Shown: in pieces, positions 22,909 through 34,625 of the stretch | How positions within the stretch are numbered: the stretch's first letter is position 1 | Layout of the letters: every line of letters begins with the position of its first letter | NCBI RefSeq assembly: GCF_006345805.1 | Contig: NW_021832124.1 | Coordinates: forward strand, 124,001-188,000 | DNA length: 64,000 bases | Source: Octopus sinensis | Lineage: Eukaryota | Reading direction: 5' to 3' | The notes under the pieces: model-generated | What the model was told of the DNA's origin: nothing | What the model saw: only the letters and a program-made list of their open reading frames with translations | Databases searched by the model: none | Made by a program: the position numbers and the translations under genes

Positions 22909-23873
22909 ATTTGATCGTTAACGCGTAAATAATATCGACTGTATTTATAGTCGATTTGGGGCGTTTCGGCTTAATAAAATTAGAAAATCAAGAAAAAATA
23001 CGGCATTGACGCGTAATTTACCTTTAAAATAGTAAGAAAATATATTTTATTACTAATATTTTTTCAATATATTATTAGTAAAAAAAAGAATCCTGAAACA
23101 GTTTTTATTTACTCTCTTTGCATAACACAAATTCTTGAGTTTAGCCATTTCCTCAATTGCTTGTAAAAGACTATTGACTGAGTCTTTAAATAATAATTTC
23201 AAATTACCTTAGTAGTTCTTTTATCTTTAGACTAATGAAAACCAGCAAATTTTGCTCAAAAACTTGTCTTGCTATATAGACAAACACTTCAGTTAAGGCA
23301 AACACATTTATTTATTATAGAGAAAAATTTTGATGAGAATATAATCTCCAGCTACTTCTTGTAGTAATTCTACTTCCGGTTGTATAAAAATGGGAAACAT
23401 TTTTTTAAACACATGTTCCATCATTTCTATACCACAATGTACCAGTCAGCCAGGCGCCGCTTACAAATCTCTTACACTGACCGTTACACTGACCTTCAAT
23501 TAAGGTTAATCTGTGAATTTATCGATAAACTTCAAACAATCTTATTAAATTCAAATAAATATCATTGAAAAAAAACCTTATTATTGAATTATCAAATGCA
23601 AAAATAATTAATTTAATTAAGCTTTTTAATCCTGTCCATCCCGACTATAGACTTTCCCCCATTTGAGTGTTTAATCTATTAAATAAATTTAAAACTACCT
23701 CTACGCGATTATTCGACAAAATATTTATTATTTCAGCTGGTGGATAGTACTGTGATTCGAATTTATCCAGTCGCAACGAAGGATTAGTTCAAAATCAAAA
23801 CAAATTTTCTTTATTTCCTGATTCTTAAACTCAGACTCATTATCTGACAAGAATTTGACATGGCCGTTAAAAT

Positions 23874-24414
23874 TTTTTTTGCAATTTAAAATATTATTGA
23901 AAAACAAAGAGATAAAAGAAAAACGTTAAGTCTCAGCGGCAAGGACGCAGTGTGCGTTGCCGCGAACAATGGCCAGACCGATGCGCTGGCAAAACCAGAG
24001 GCCCCCTCTCGGATCCTTGAGCCTCCTTCCAATGGACTGCCCGACCTAATTGAGGAACGAGTCAGTCTCCTTTCCCGCGGCTCCAGCGGTCTCCAGGGCG
24101 ATTGGCGTAACGTGGTAGCGGTCCGCGAGGGAAGAATATTTTTGTATTTTGATCTTTTCGGCGTGGTTTGCAGCCGAACAAGGGTTCGCGGCGGAAGAAT
24201 GGATCCTCGACTTTGAAAAGGTATCCACAACGGTAACATCCCATACGGGGGCCTTCCCCGACGAGTATGGGAATATTGTCATCCCGTCAGGCCGTTTAAA
24301 TAAAATAATGATTTTAAATTTTCCGATACTTCTTTGCCCGACTTATTATAAAGAGGCCTGAGGAAGGCAAATCTATAAAGCTTGTTTTAACTAACAAACC
24401 TGCTATAGACATCA
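23874..24414 (-). mobile_element. 5'-truncated CRE-clade non-LTR retrotransposon
   Basis: KRPDGMTIFPY..VWDVTVVDT..ALETAG..CQRIGLAIVRGN. T-run at the 3' junction. 14-bp TSD atggccgttaaaat at 23860-23873 and 24415-24428. Confidence 0.9.
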
Positions 24415-24599
24415 ATGGCCGTTAAAATCCATTTAAAATCATGATTAACAGTTGAAATCTTTTTAAGTCTATAAGATCTATCTGAAACCGTTCAATTGAT
24501 GTTCAACATGTACACAAAAAACGACGTTGATAGAAAGGACATGGTGTAGATCCATTTGAGACTTGGGGATCTCTTAAAATATGCAACTAGTAGAGCTAT

Positions 24600-24710
24600 A
24601 TGGGACCTGGGATTCAGTCTGACGAAGACGCATAGCGGATCGAGAGGCAGTTTAAGCGTAGAATAGAGACCGAGACGTGATGGAGAGCCAGCTTTAACGA
24701 CCCCAACTGC
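24600..24710 (-). mobile_element. Very degenerate CRE-like 3' remnant
   Basis: HVSVSILRLNCLSIRYAS resembles the CRE C-terminal RISFAILRGNCLSIRSA of the copy at 781-1235. Confidence 0.35.
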
Positions 24711-25094
24711 ATCTGGTCGGCTTGCGAGCCATATTAGTATAAAATGGATCACACTTTCGTACGGATTTTAACCTTTTGGAGATAAAACTATATAAATAAA
24801 TTGTGAATGGGCGGTTGGATACCCATCGCCAACCGGTTGCATTTTACCTTAAAAAATTTCAATTTAAACTTGAACAAATCATCCTATTTTAATCATTAAC
24901 GATTAATGTATTTTAACAAAAAATATTAAAATTAATTATTTTTTCAATCTTTTAAACTTGGAAAATTAGAATCGCCTAAATATAAATTCAAAGTTAAAAT
25001 ACTTGAAATTTCAATTGAATCTAAATTTGAACAAAAGTTTAAATTTTCAAAATGATTTTTAATATTTACTAAGAAAATCTTAATAATAAAATGG

Positions 25095-25158
25095 TATGGT
25101 GTGTGTCTGTCTGTATGTTGTCTGTCTGTCTGTCTGTGTGTCTGTCGTCTGTGTGTGC
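25095..25158 (+). repeat. (GTCT/GT)n microsatellite near the Helitron 5' end
   Basis: gtgtgtctgtctgt... Its mirror (CAGA)n is at about 29032-29080. Confidence 0.9.
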
Positions 25159-25182
25159 ACACCAACTCAAATTGGCCATACG

Positions 25183-26050
25183 ATGTCCTCGACTTACATG
25201 ATGAGGTCCTTAAAACCTTCCCCCCAAAAAAATTAAAAAAAAATTTTCTGCATTTTGGTTAAAATGAACAACTACAATGTCCTCGACTTACATGATGAAG
25301 TCCTTAAAACCTTCCCCCCAAAAAAAATTAAAAAAAAATTTTCTGCATTTTGGTTAAAATGAACAACTACAATGTCCTCGACTTACATGATGAAGTCCTT
25401 AAAACCTTCCCCCCCAAAAAAATAAAAAAAAATTTTCTGCATTTTGGTAAAATGAACAACTACAATGTCCTCGACTTACATGATGAAGTCTTAAAACCTT
25501 CCCCCCCAAAAAAATTAAAAAAAAATTTTCTGCATTTTGGTTAAAATGAACACTACAATGTCCTCGACTTACATGATGAAGTCCTTAAAACCTTCCCCCC
25601 AAAAAAAATTAAAAAAAAATTTTCTGCATTTTGGTTAAAATGAACAACTACAATGTCCTCGACTTACATGATGAAGTCCTTAAAACCTTCCCCCCCAAAA
25701 AAATAAAAAAAAATTTTCTGCATTTTGGTTAAAATGAACAACTACAATGTCCTCGACTTACATGATGAAGTCCTTAAAACCTTCCCCCCAAAAAAAATTA
25801 AAAAAAAAATTTTCTGCATTTTGGTTAAAATGAACAACTACAATGTCCTCAACTTACATGATGAAGTCCTTAAAACCTTCCCCCCAAAAAAAATTAAAAA
25901 AAAATTTTCTGCATTTTGGTTAAAATGAACAACTACAATGTCCTCGACTTACATGATGAAGTCCTTAAAACCTTTCCCCCAAAAAATCAAAAAATTATTT
26001 TCTGCATTTTGATTAAAATGAACAACGCGAATGTCCTCGACATTAATGAT
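25183..26050 (+). repeat. Tandem array of ~94-bp units (about 9 units) in the outer Helitron
   Basis: Unit aaaatgaacaactacaatgtcctcgacttacatgatgaagtccttaaaacctt-C6/7-A7tt-A8/9-ttttctgcattttggtt, period 93-96 bp. Confidence 0.97.
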
Positions 26051-26519
26051 GAGGTCCATTAAAACCTTCAAGGCAAAAATCTCACGTATTAAGAATATCC
26101 TTGATGAAAACGACAGCGAGAATATTAACAATGATGAACTCAAAATTATTCGCGATAAAGAAATTCAATTCATCCTATGTTTTTCTCTTTAAAATTAAAT
26201 GCATATATCATTATCGACCATGAATCAAAATTAAAGCTATTATCATATTTGACTTTGACAGAATGTGCAATCACAGATTGCACGACTTGAATAGAGTGTG
26301 CAAGTAACAGATTTAGAAAAACCACTTTGATAGTTGAAACCACATTAGCACAATCATTAACACAATTTACCACCAATTGACGCACGACCTTGAATAGAGT
26401 GTGCAATTAACAGATTTTGAAAACACTTTGATAGTTGAAACCACATTAGCACAACCATTAACACAATTTACCACCAATTGACAGCGCAATCAGAAGAATT
26501 TGCGTAAAAATATTAACTA

Positions 26520-29100
26520 CTAGCTCGGCAGCTCGCTTCGCTCACCGCGACCTAGCTCCTGCGGAGGGCCTGTTTCATCAAACAACTATAAGTTTATGTA
26601 GATGTATAAAACTACCTGGTTTAATGTAACCCTATTCTATCGCCTGTTGATAAACGATGTTGTCGTCCGTCCTTCCTTGGCATATATGAATAAATTTTCT
26701 CTTCTGCCTACCCTCGAGCATCCCACATACAGCTGTCCATGTGAAAAGCACTCACTCTCTAAAAATAACCCAACTACCTTTAATGACTGTCCCTGGGCCT
26801 TGTTTATTGTCATTGCAAAACTCATCCTCAAGGAAATTGCAGCCTTTTAAATCTAAATGGTAATTCATCAGAAATTATCGGAATTCGTGGAATATAAACA
26901 TCCTCACCTCAATACTTACCTGTTAATATCGTCGCCTCTATTACGTTAGCCATCTTTCTTCAGCTTCATTTTTCCTCCTTCGGTATCTATTTAAAAATTA
27001 TTTTTGAATAATAAAAAATATTAGGAAAAGAGGCATACAGAAAATAATTCTATCTTACGAAAAACTTCTTTTCTTAAGGTCGTCTTCCCTCTTTCGGTTA
27101 TCTATTGAAAAAAATTTTTGAATAATAAAAAATTTAGGAAAAGAGGCATACCGAAAATAAATTCTATCTTCACGAAAAACTTAACTAAATAGCTAATATT
27201 TTTACGCAAATTCTTCTGATTGCGCTGTCAATTGGTGGTAAATTGTGTTAATGATTGTGCTAATGTGGTTTCAACTATCAAAGTGTTTTTCAAAATCAGT
27301 TAATTGCACACTCTATTCAAGGTCGTGCGTCAATTGGTGGTAAATTGTGTTAATGATTGTGCTAATCTGGTTTCAACTATCAAAGTGGTTTTTCAAAATC
27401 TGTTAATTGCACACTCTATTCAAAGTCGTGCAATCTGTGATTGCACATTCTGTCAAAGTCAAATATGATAATAGCTTTAATTTTGATTCATGGTCGATAA
27501 TGATATATGCATTTAATTTTAAAGAGAAAAACATAGGATGAATTGAATTTCTTTATCGCGAATAATTGGGAGTTCATCATTGTTAATATTCTCGCTGTCG
27601 TTTTCATCAAGGATATTCTTAATACGTGAGATTTTTGCCTTGAAGGTTTTAATGGACCTCATCATGAATGTCGAGGACATTCGCGTTGTTCATTTTAATC
27701 AAAATGCAGAAAATAATTTTTTGATTTTTTGGGGGGGAAGGTTTTAAGGACTTCATCATGTAAGTCGAGGACATTGTAGTTGTTCATTTTAACCAAAATG
27801 CAGAAAATTTTTTTTTAATTTTTTTTGGGGGGGAAGGTTTTAAGGACTTCATCATGTAAGTTGAGGACATTGTAGTTGTTCATTTTAACCAAAATGCAGA
27901 AAATTTTTTTTTAATTTTTTTGGGGGGGAAGGTTTTAAGGACTTCATCATGTAAGTCGAGGACATTGTAGTTGTTCATTTTAACCAAAATGCAGAAATTT
28001 TTTTTTAATTTTTTTTGGGGGGGAGGTTTTAAGGACTTCATCATGTAAGTCGAGGACATTGTAGTTGTTCATTTTAACCAAAATGCAGAAAATTTTTTTT
28101 TAATTTTTTTGGGGGGGAAGGTTTTAAGGACTTCATCATGTAAGTCGAGGACATTGTAGTTGTTCATTTTAACCAAAATGCAGAAAATTTTTTTTTAATT
28201 TTTTTTGGGGGGAAGGTTTTAAGGACTTCATCATGTAAGTCGAGGACATTGTAGTTGTTCATTTTAACCAAAATGCAGAAAATTTTTTTTTAATTTTTTT
28301 TGGGGGGAAGGTTTTAAGGACCTCATCATGTAAGTCGAGGACATTGTAGTTGTTCATTTTAACCAAAATGCAGAAATTTTTTTTTAATTTTTTTGGGGGG
28401 GAAGGTTTTAAGGACTTCATCATGTAAGTCGAGGACATTGTAGTTGTTCATTTTAACCAAAATGCAGAAAATTTTTTTTTAATTTTTTTGGGGGGAAGGT
28501 TTTAAGGACTTCATCATGTAAGTCGAGGACATTGTAGTTGTTCATTTTAACCAAAATGCAGAAATTTTTTTTTAATTTTTTTTGGGGGGAAGGTTTTAAG
28601 GACTTCATCATGTAAGTCGAGGACATTGTAGTTGTTCATTTTAACCAAAATGCAGAAAATTTTTTTTAATTTTTTTTGGGGGGAAGGTTTTAAGGACCTC
28701 ATCATGTAAGTCGAGGACATTGTAGTTGTTCATTTTAACCAAAATGCAGAAATTTTTTTTAATTTTTTTTGGGGGGGAAGGTTTTAAGGACTTCATCATG
28801 TAAGTCGAGGACATTGTAGTTGTTCATTTTAACCAAAATGCAGAAAATTTTTTTTTAATTTTTTTGGGGGGGAAGGTTTTAAGGACTTCATCATGTAAGT
28901 CGAGGACATTGTAGTTGTTCATTTTAACCAAAATGCAGAAAATTTTTTTTTAATTTTTTTGGGGGGGAAGGTTTTAAGGACCTCATCATGTAAGTCGAGG
29001 ACATCGTATTGCCAATTTGAAGTTGGTGTGCACACACAGACAGACAGACAGACAGACAGACACACAGACAGACACACACCATACCATTTTATTATTAAGA
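26520..29100 (-). mobile_element. Non-autonomous Helitron (inner copy), same family, opposite orientation
   Basis: 5' TCTTAATAATAAAATGG at 29100 and 3' CTAG at 26520-26523, inserted at an A|T of the outer copy. Helicase remnant [33 protein letters not shown] at about 26637-26960. Confidence 0.92.
27650..29005 (-). repeat. Tandem array of the same ~94-bp unit (about 14 units) in the inner Helitron
   Basis: Reverse complement of the outer array with more units. Confidence 0.97.
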
Positions 29101-29729
29101 TTTACTTGAGTTTTTCGTAAAGATAGAATTTATTTTCGGTATGCCTCTTTTCCTAAACTTTTTTATTATTCAAAAATAATTTTTTAAATAGATAACCGAA
29201 GGAGGAAAAACGAAACTGAAGAAAAAACGGTCAGCTTAATAAGGTAATTAATTAAAATCTTTTTTGTGTGTCGCTTTCTTGCCTGCCGCATTCCGCCTGC
29301 CGTATCTCCCCCTGCCCCATTTCCGCCAGTAAAAAATAAAAAAAGAAAAAAAAGGAAATTACAAAGGAAAAATGAAAAAAATAAAATAAAAAAAAAATAA
29401 ACCACAAAAAATGAAAAAAAAGTTTGCAATGACAATAAACAAGGCCCAGGGACAGTCATTAAAGGTAGTTGGGTTATTTTTAGAGAGTGAGTGCTTTTCA
29501 CATGGACAGCTGTATGTGGGATGCTCGAGGGTAGGCAGAAGAGAAATTTATTCATATATGCCAAGGAAGGACGGACGACAAACATCGTTTATCAACAGGC
29601 GATAGAATAGGGTTACATTAAACCAGGTAGTTTTATACATCTACATAAACTTATAGTTGTTTGATGAAACAGGCCCTCCGCAGGAGCTAGGTCGCGGTGA
29701 GCGAAGCGAGCTGCCGAGCTAGTAATTTG

Positions 29730-30130
29730 ATAATTATAATTTGCAACAACAGTGTTTATTCCGCTTATCCCTCGATCTTTCAAAAGGACTCTGATTTGAA
29801 AATGAGTGTACAGCCTTGTTATAACAATACACTGCATTTTCTAAAATTTCCAGCCACTTTTTTTCATTTTTGTCTATCATTTTGGGAAGTTTTTGGTGAT
29901 AATTTGATTAAACGTTCTACAAACCCCTGTGTACGGGGATTGTTTGGTCTTCCATGTATCTGAATTACGTTGAGCTCTTCACAAAGATTTCTTAGAGACA
30001 CATTTTTAAATTTTGGGACATTATCAGATTACAAAATTTTTCACGGTTCGTATAAGTAGAAGAGCGATCTTAAGTTGTTGCATACTTCTTTTGAAGATTT
30101 ATGAAAAAGTGGTCTGACAAATGCATACCT
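29730..30130 (-). mobile_element. Degraded retroviral-type integrase (Ginger/KRBA2-like), disrupted by the Helitron
   Basis: SDN..FKN..LCEELNVIQIHGRPNNPRTQG.VER..AVYCYNKAVHS..SPFE. Confidence 0.75.
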
Positions 30131-30879
30131 GAATTAATTGTTTAAAAACCCACTATAAACATTGAAGACTGTTAAAATCCATTTTTAATCATTTAAATCT
30201 GAAAACCCTTTTAGATCTACAAGATCCAGCTGAAATCTTTCATTCGGAGAAAGAAAAATATGATGATTCATATCAAAGTACATAGTGAAACGAAACATAA
30301 GATACAAACTTTAAAAGTTTAAACAACATAATGTATGTGTATATGAAAGCTCATATAAATTATATTAATTTTGTTGTATTTAAAATTTTGCGACGCACCA
30401 AACTATGTCTAGCGACACAAGAGTGCTTTTTTTCCAAGAAAGACGGCGGTGTTTTAAGCTAATTAAAACGAATTCGGGTTTGTAAAGCTCGAAGAAATCC
30501 TGCCCTTTCAGAGAATACAAACATTTAATGCAACACTGAACCGACTCAAACAAAAGCCAAAGGAATAGCCTACACAAGAGTCATTGAAGTGAACAGAGTA
30601 TTCAACGGGATTGAAATGAGTAGTGAAGAAGTATTGTCATTTGTATTAATTGAAAGTTACTTTGGAAGCATATACTCACTCCCAATGGAATATCACTGAG
30701 TTACTGGGTGGCGAATGTTCGAGGATAAGTGGTTTTTGTATGCCAACAGCTATTTCACGGATCGATATTAAAATAATTAGTTAGTTTACATTATAAAATG
30801 CATACAAGCCTTTCTACATGGTAAATAATTACAATAATACTGTATCAGTGATCAAAATACATTTTATGGGTGATTCTGA

Positions 30880-31760
30880 AAAAACAATTCCGCAGAAACT
30901 TGATTTGTGCCCGACACATATTATGCATGTCCAATCAATTTCATTTCTTTCCAGGATGCCAATTAGTGTAGTTCATAAAATAAATTGATATATATTAGAT
31001 CAACCATACCATCAAGTCTTCCATCAATGTCGAATCTCGTTCTTTTGTTATGACTCCAAATTCGAGAAGCTCTAACTTACATTGTATATGTGAAAGTCAA
31101 TTTGTCTATTACGAGCTTCAAATTTACAATTAAAAACTTCATTCTCTTGTAATAAAGACAATCCCTCTTGAAAGCTGAAATGGAAATGGATAATTAGTCC
31201 CAACCTTTGACTGTAATTAAAAAAGAGGACAAGTCCACATGAAATGACCGCAAAAACCCACAGACTTTCCATCCGATTTGTTATGTTAGAAAAAATCAAA
31301 CCAACTACAATCAGTCTCTGATGAATGGACAGCTCGTTTCCAACAGAATTACTAGCCCGACAGGTGTAGATTCCCTGTCTATTAGGCAGAGTGGTGCCAC
31401 GATCAACTTCCATATGCGGAACAAACAGCTTTCATTGACAGGGAAATAAAATTTAGCATTTCCGTACCCTCCGCGGGGGTATAAGACAGGGGAACTCACG
31501 TGCGTGGAAACTACTCCAATCTCATTAAGGAATACGGGCAAAGCAATGGAGGATGACGGACAGCACAATACTGTTGTCAGAGCCAAGACAATCGAATATT
31601 CCGCTGTCGCTGGAAACGGAGGGCCTGGTAATGAAAACGGACGAATTGACAACAGCACGTCTTTGCTCCAGGAAACCCCCGAAAATGGGATGTTATATGT
31701 TCTGTGGTATGGATGAAGAATGTGGGCCTCTGGCATCCCCTTCATCACTGTTCGTTTAAT
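30880..31760 (-). pseudogene. Fragment of an Ig-superfamily receptor gene (Ig domain + TM-like segment)
   Basis: LPNRQGIYTCRASNSVG (Ig C-terminal motif) followed by a hydrophobic stretch LWVFAVISCGLVLFF. Broken frames. Confidence 0.5.
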
Positions 31761-32019
31761 ACAGGGGTCGGCAGGATTTTTGTTTTCGCGGGCCAAAATT
31801 TTATTTTTTGTATGCGATCCGGGTCAAACGAGAAAAAATCCTTATCGGTCGCAAAAATAACGATATAATAAAATCCTCTTGGCTGAGACAGAGGATCTCG
31901 TTTCGTTTTCAATCGTGAACGGTAACGCACAAACTATCTGTTTTGCTTGGAACGAACCGTTCCAGGGCAACGCTTGCAGATTTATTAGTTAAAAATAATT
32001 ACAAAGAAGTGAATTTATT

Positions 32020-32200
32020 TTAGTCATTAATCTTACTAGTTGCTAAACGTAATATATCGTTAAGATGTGAATCAGTCATCCTCCTTCTCAGACAATTTTT
32101 TACATTATTCATTTTGGAGAATAACTGTTCACATAAAAATGTGTTTCCAAATTTACAAGCCATTTTCTTAGTATTACGGTTAATTTTGGATATTTTTTGA
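32020..32200 (-). mobile_element. hAT (SPIN/GTF2IRD2-like) dimerisation-domain remnant
   Basis: FGNTFLCEQLFSKMN..RRRMTDSHLNDILRLATS. Confidence 0.8.
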
Positions 32201-32339
32201 CACATACAAAATTTTTGTAGAAGGTTAAAATATTTAATTCCGAAAAATATTTTGATTAAACTGTAGTGTCGCATTGAATTTAAGTAATTCCATTTGATAA
32301 CAACCTGGTACTGTCTCAATTTCAACATCAAATGGGATT

Positions 32340-32860
32340 GATTGTTGTTGTTGCGTAACCCCAATCTCACCTTAGATTATAAGACCAGCAGCTTGCAGAA
32401 ACAACAGCGCTCTCCCAGGTTGCTCCCATAGGACCTCCGGGGAGTGAATGACAAATTTTTTGCGGAGCGAAAGAAGATCAGGACAGCGGAATAGATGGGC
32501 AGTTGTCTGTTCGTCAGCACAGCAAATGGGACAAAAGGGGGAGATCGACATGTCCATTCTATGTGTATAGTGGTTTAATGAGGAGTAATTACCAGAACGG
32601 AAACGAGCCAAGTTTGTCTGAGTCGAACGATCGAGAAGCAATTCAGAAGGGTGAACGTCAGGAGGAGGTTTATTGAGTACAGAGTTCGGAGTCAGCTTAA
32701 GAATTGCTGACGTAGATATCGAATCGTGAATTCTCTTTATTAGATATGGACATTGGTCCAGGCCATCAATAATAGCAATGATCCGGGAATATAGATTTGC
32801 CAGCGTGTTCTTCACTGAACAAGAATTTCCGTTTAGCACATGTAGGGCAGAGCAAGGATG
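32340..32860 (-). mobile_element. 3' end of an I-group-like LINE with a (CAA)n tail
   Basis: PPPDVHPSELLL..LARFRSG..CPICCADEQTTAHLFRC..LWEQP, then ggggttacgcaacaacaacaa. Confidence 0.8.
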
Positions 32861-33156
32861 ACGAAAATTTCCAAATTACACAACATTACCCCAACTCCGC
32901 TTGACCAACTTATTAAGAAAGATGGAAAGGGTTTCTTAGCCATCCAACAAGACCACCTGCCAAAAGACTTTAACAATCAGAAGCACATCACCCCGATTCA
33001 ATTCCTCACAAAACTGCTCCCCGCCCGTCCCGCACTTGCGTTGGGTCCAGAGTCCAACATCGGGAAAAGCTGAGAAAGATTTTGAGGATTGTTAGAATCA
33101 CCTAATTAATTACCCTAATTAACTGTTGGTGATTCTTGGGTTAAAATAATAAAATA

Positions 33157-34625
33157 CAGTAAAACCTCTGGTGCTCGCCATTTTCGGGACCGAAGAAAAA
33201 ATGGCGAGCAATAGAATTTGGCGAGCAATGGAAATAATCAATAAATTTTTTGACTTTGAAATTTTGAAAACATCTCGGTTTTCGATACTTTCCGATCATA
33301 AGTGAGCTTTCCAACTCATATTTGAGCAAAGAAACAATGAAAATCGAAAGAAATTAAAAGGAAAAAATTAACTAAAAAAATCTTTATAGTTTTTTTTAAT
33401 TCAGCCATATCTCTAATAACGGTGTCAATTAGTTCTAACGAATTTATATCAAAATTTTCATTTTGATAAAAGAATGACTTTATTCTTTTCAACATTTTCA
33501 AAGCCTTTTCTGAATTCACATGAGATTCGTCATTATGAGTATTTTCATCGTCATATTTTTGTGGGAAAGAATCTCCAGCAATATTAAGGTAATCTTCAAT
33601 TTCATCTATTTCGGTAAATTCATGATTAATAAAATCATCTTTATCCACCGGGTCCAATATTTTCAAGATATTTACCATTTGATCATAATTATCAATTTCA
33701 ACAGTTGGTCTTTCGAGTTGATTTTCACATTCGATCCATTTTGAATTTCCGAAACAATTTGTAATTGTTTTGGTCGCTACTTTTTTCCAGGCAAAATATG
33801 TAAAAAGAAAACCGTCTTTTAAAGTTAATTTTTTATGAGCTTCCAGTGGATTTTCTCCATTTTCAATTTTTTCTAACATAAACTCAAATTTAAGTTTATT
33901 AAAATTTCCTTTGAAGGATCTAATGATTCCTTGATCCATTGGTTGTAGAATTGTTGTAGTCTTCGAAGGTAGGTAAAGAACTTCAATTGACTCTAAATCA
34001 GCGTAAAGTTGATGGGATGGGCATCGATCCACAACTAAAAGAATTTTTCGTTTTTTAGATGCCTATCCCATGTTAAAAGCCATTCGTTAAAAATTTTACT
34101 TGTCATCCATGCTTTTGGTGAATGACAGTAATCGACAAAATTTTCGACTTTAAAATTTTTAAAGCAGCGAGGTTTCTGGAACTTTCCAATCATAAGTGGA
34201 TTTTTTGTCTGTCTCAGTCATATTTGAGCATAGCAACAAAGAAAATCTGAAAAATAAATAAAAATTAAACCGTTCTTTAAGGATTTTATGTCCATATCAA
34301 ACCTTCTGACAAACACTTTTTAAAGGGATCGATTTGTAAAAAATCCCAGTTTCATCAGCGTTATAAATGTTTTCAGCATTATATTGTTGAATCTTTGCAG
34401 AGATCAAAGAAGTAAATGCATCAATTTCTTGTTTCTGATCAACTTTTATATAAAAAATAGTTTAACCAAAAAAAATATTATTAAAAATTAATGGCGAGAT
34501 TTAGAAAATGGCGAGCAATAGAATATTTATCAAAATTTACTAGAAATTTTTAATTTTTTGAAAAATATGTGGCGAGCAATAGAGGTGGCGAGTAACAGAG
34601 GTGGCGAGCACCAGAGGTTTTACTG
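33157..34625 (-). mobile_element. pogo/Tigger DNA transposon (DDE_1), N-terminally deleted
   Basis: Perfect 24-bp TIRs cagtaaaacctctggtgctcgcca, TA TSDs and ggcgagcaataga subterminal repeats. NIYNADETG..KER..LPSKTTTILQPMDQGII, with a stop and a frameshift. Confidence 0.95.

Larger units (their letters stand above)
25078..29722 (+). mobile_element. Non-autonomous Helitron (outer copy), with microsatellite, central ~94-bp satellite and PIF1 remnant
   Basis: 5' TC at 25078 after A. 3' GCGAAGC mini-hairpin then CTAG (29719-29722) followed by T. Helicase remnant [26 protein letters not shown] at about 29420-29605. Confidence 0.92.

Noticed and set aside
24786-24835. Small GC-rich hairpin ggttgg...ccaacc as an ncRNA
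   Set aside because: A 6-bp stem only, with no tRNA, snRNA or SL-RNA hallmarks.
25183-29005. 94-bp repeat arrays as a CRISPR array or as repeat-protein ORFs (MVKMNNYNVLDLHDEVLK...)
   Set aside because: The units are contiguous with no unique spacers and no cas genes are present. Homopolymer length changes shift the frame between units, so the ORFs are artefacts.
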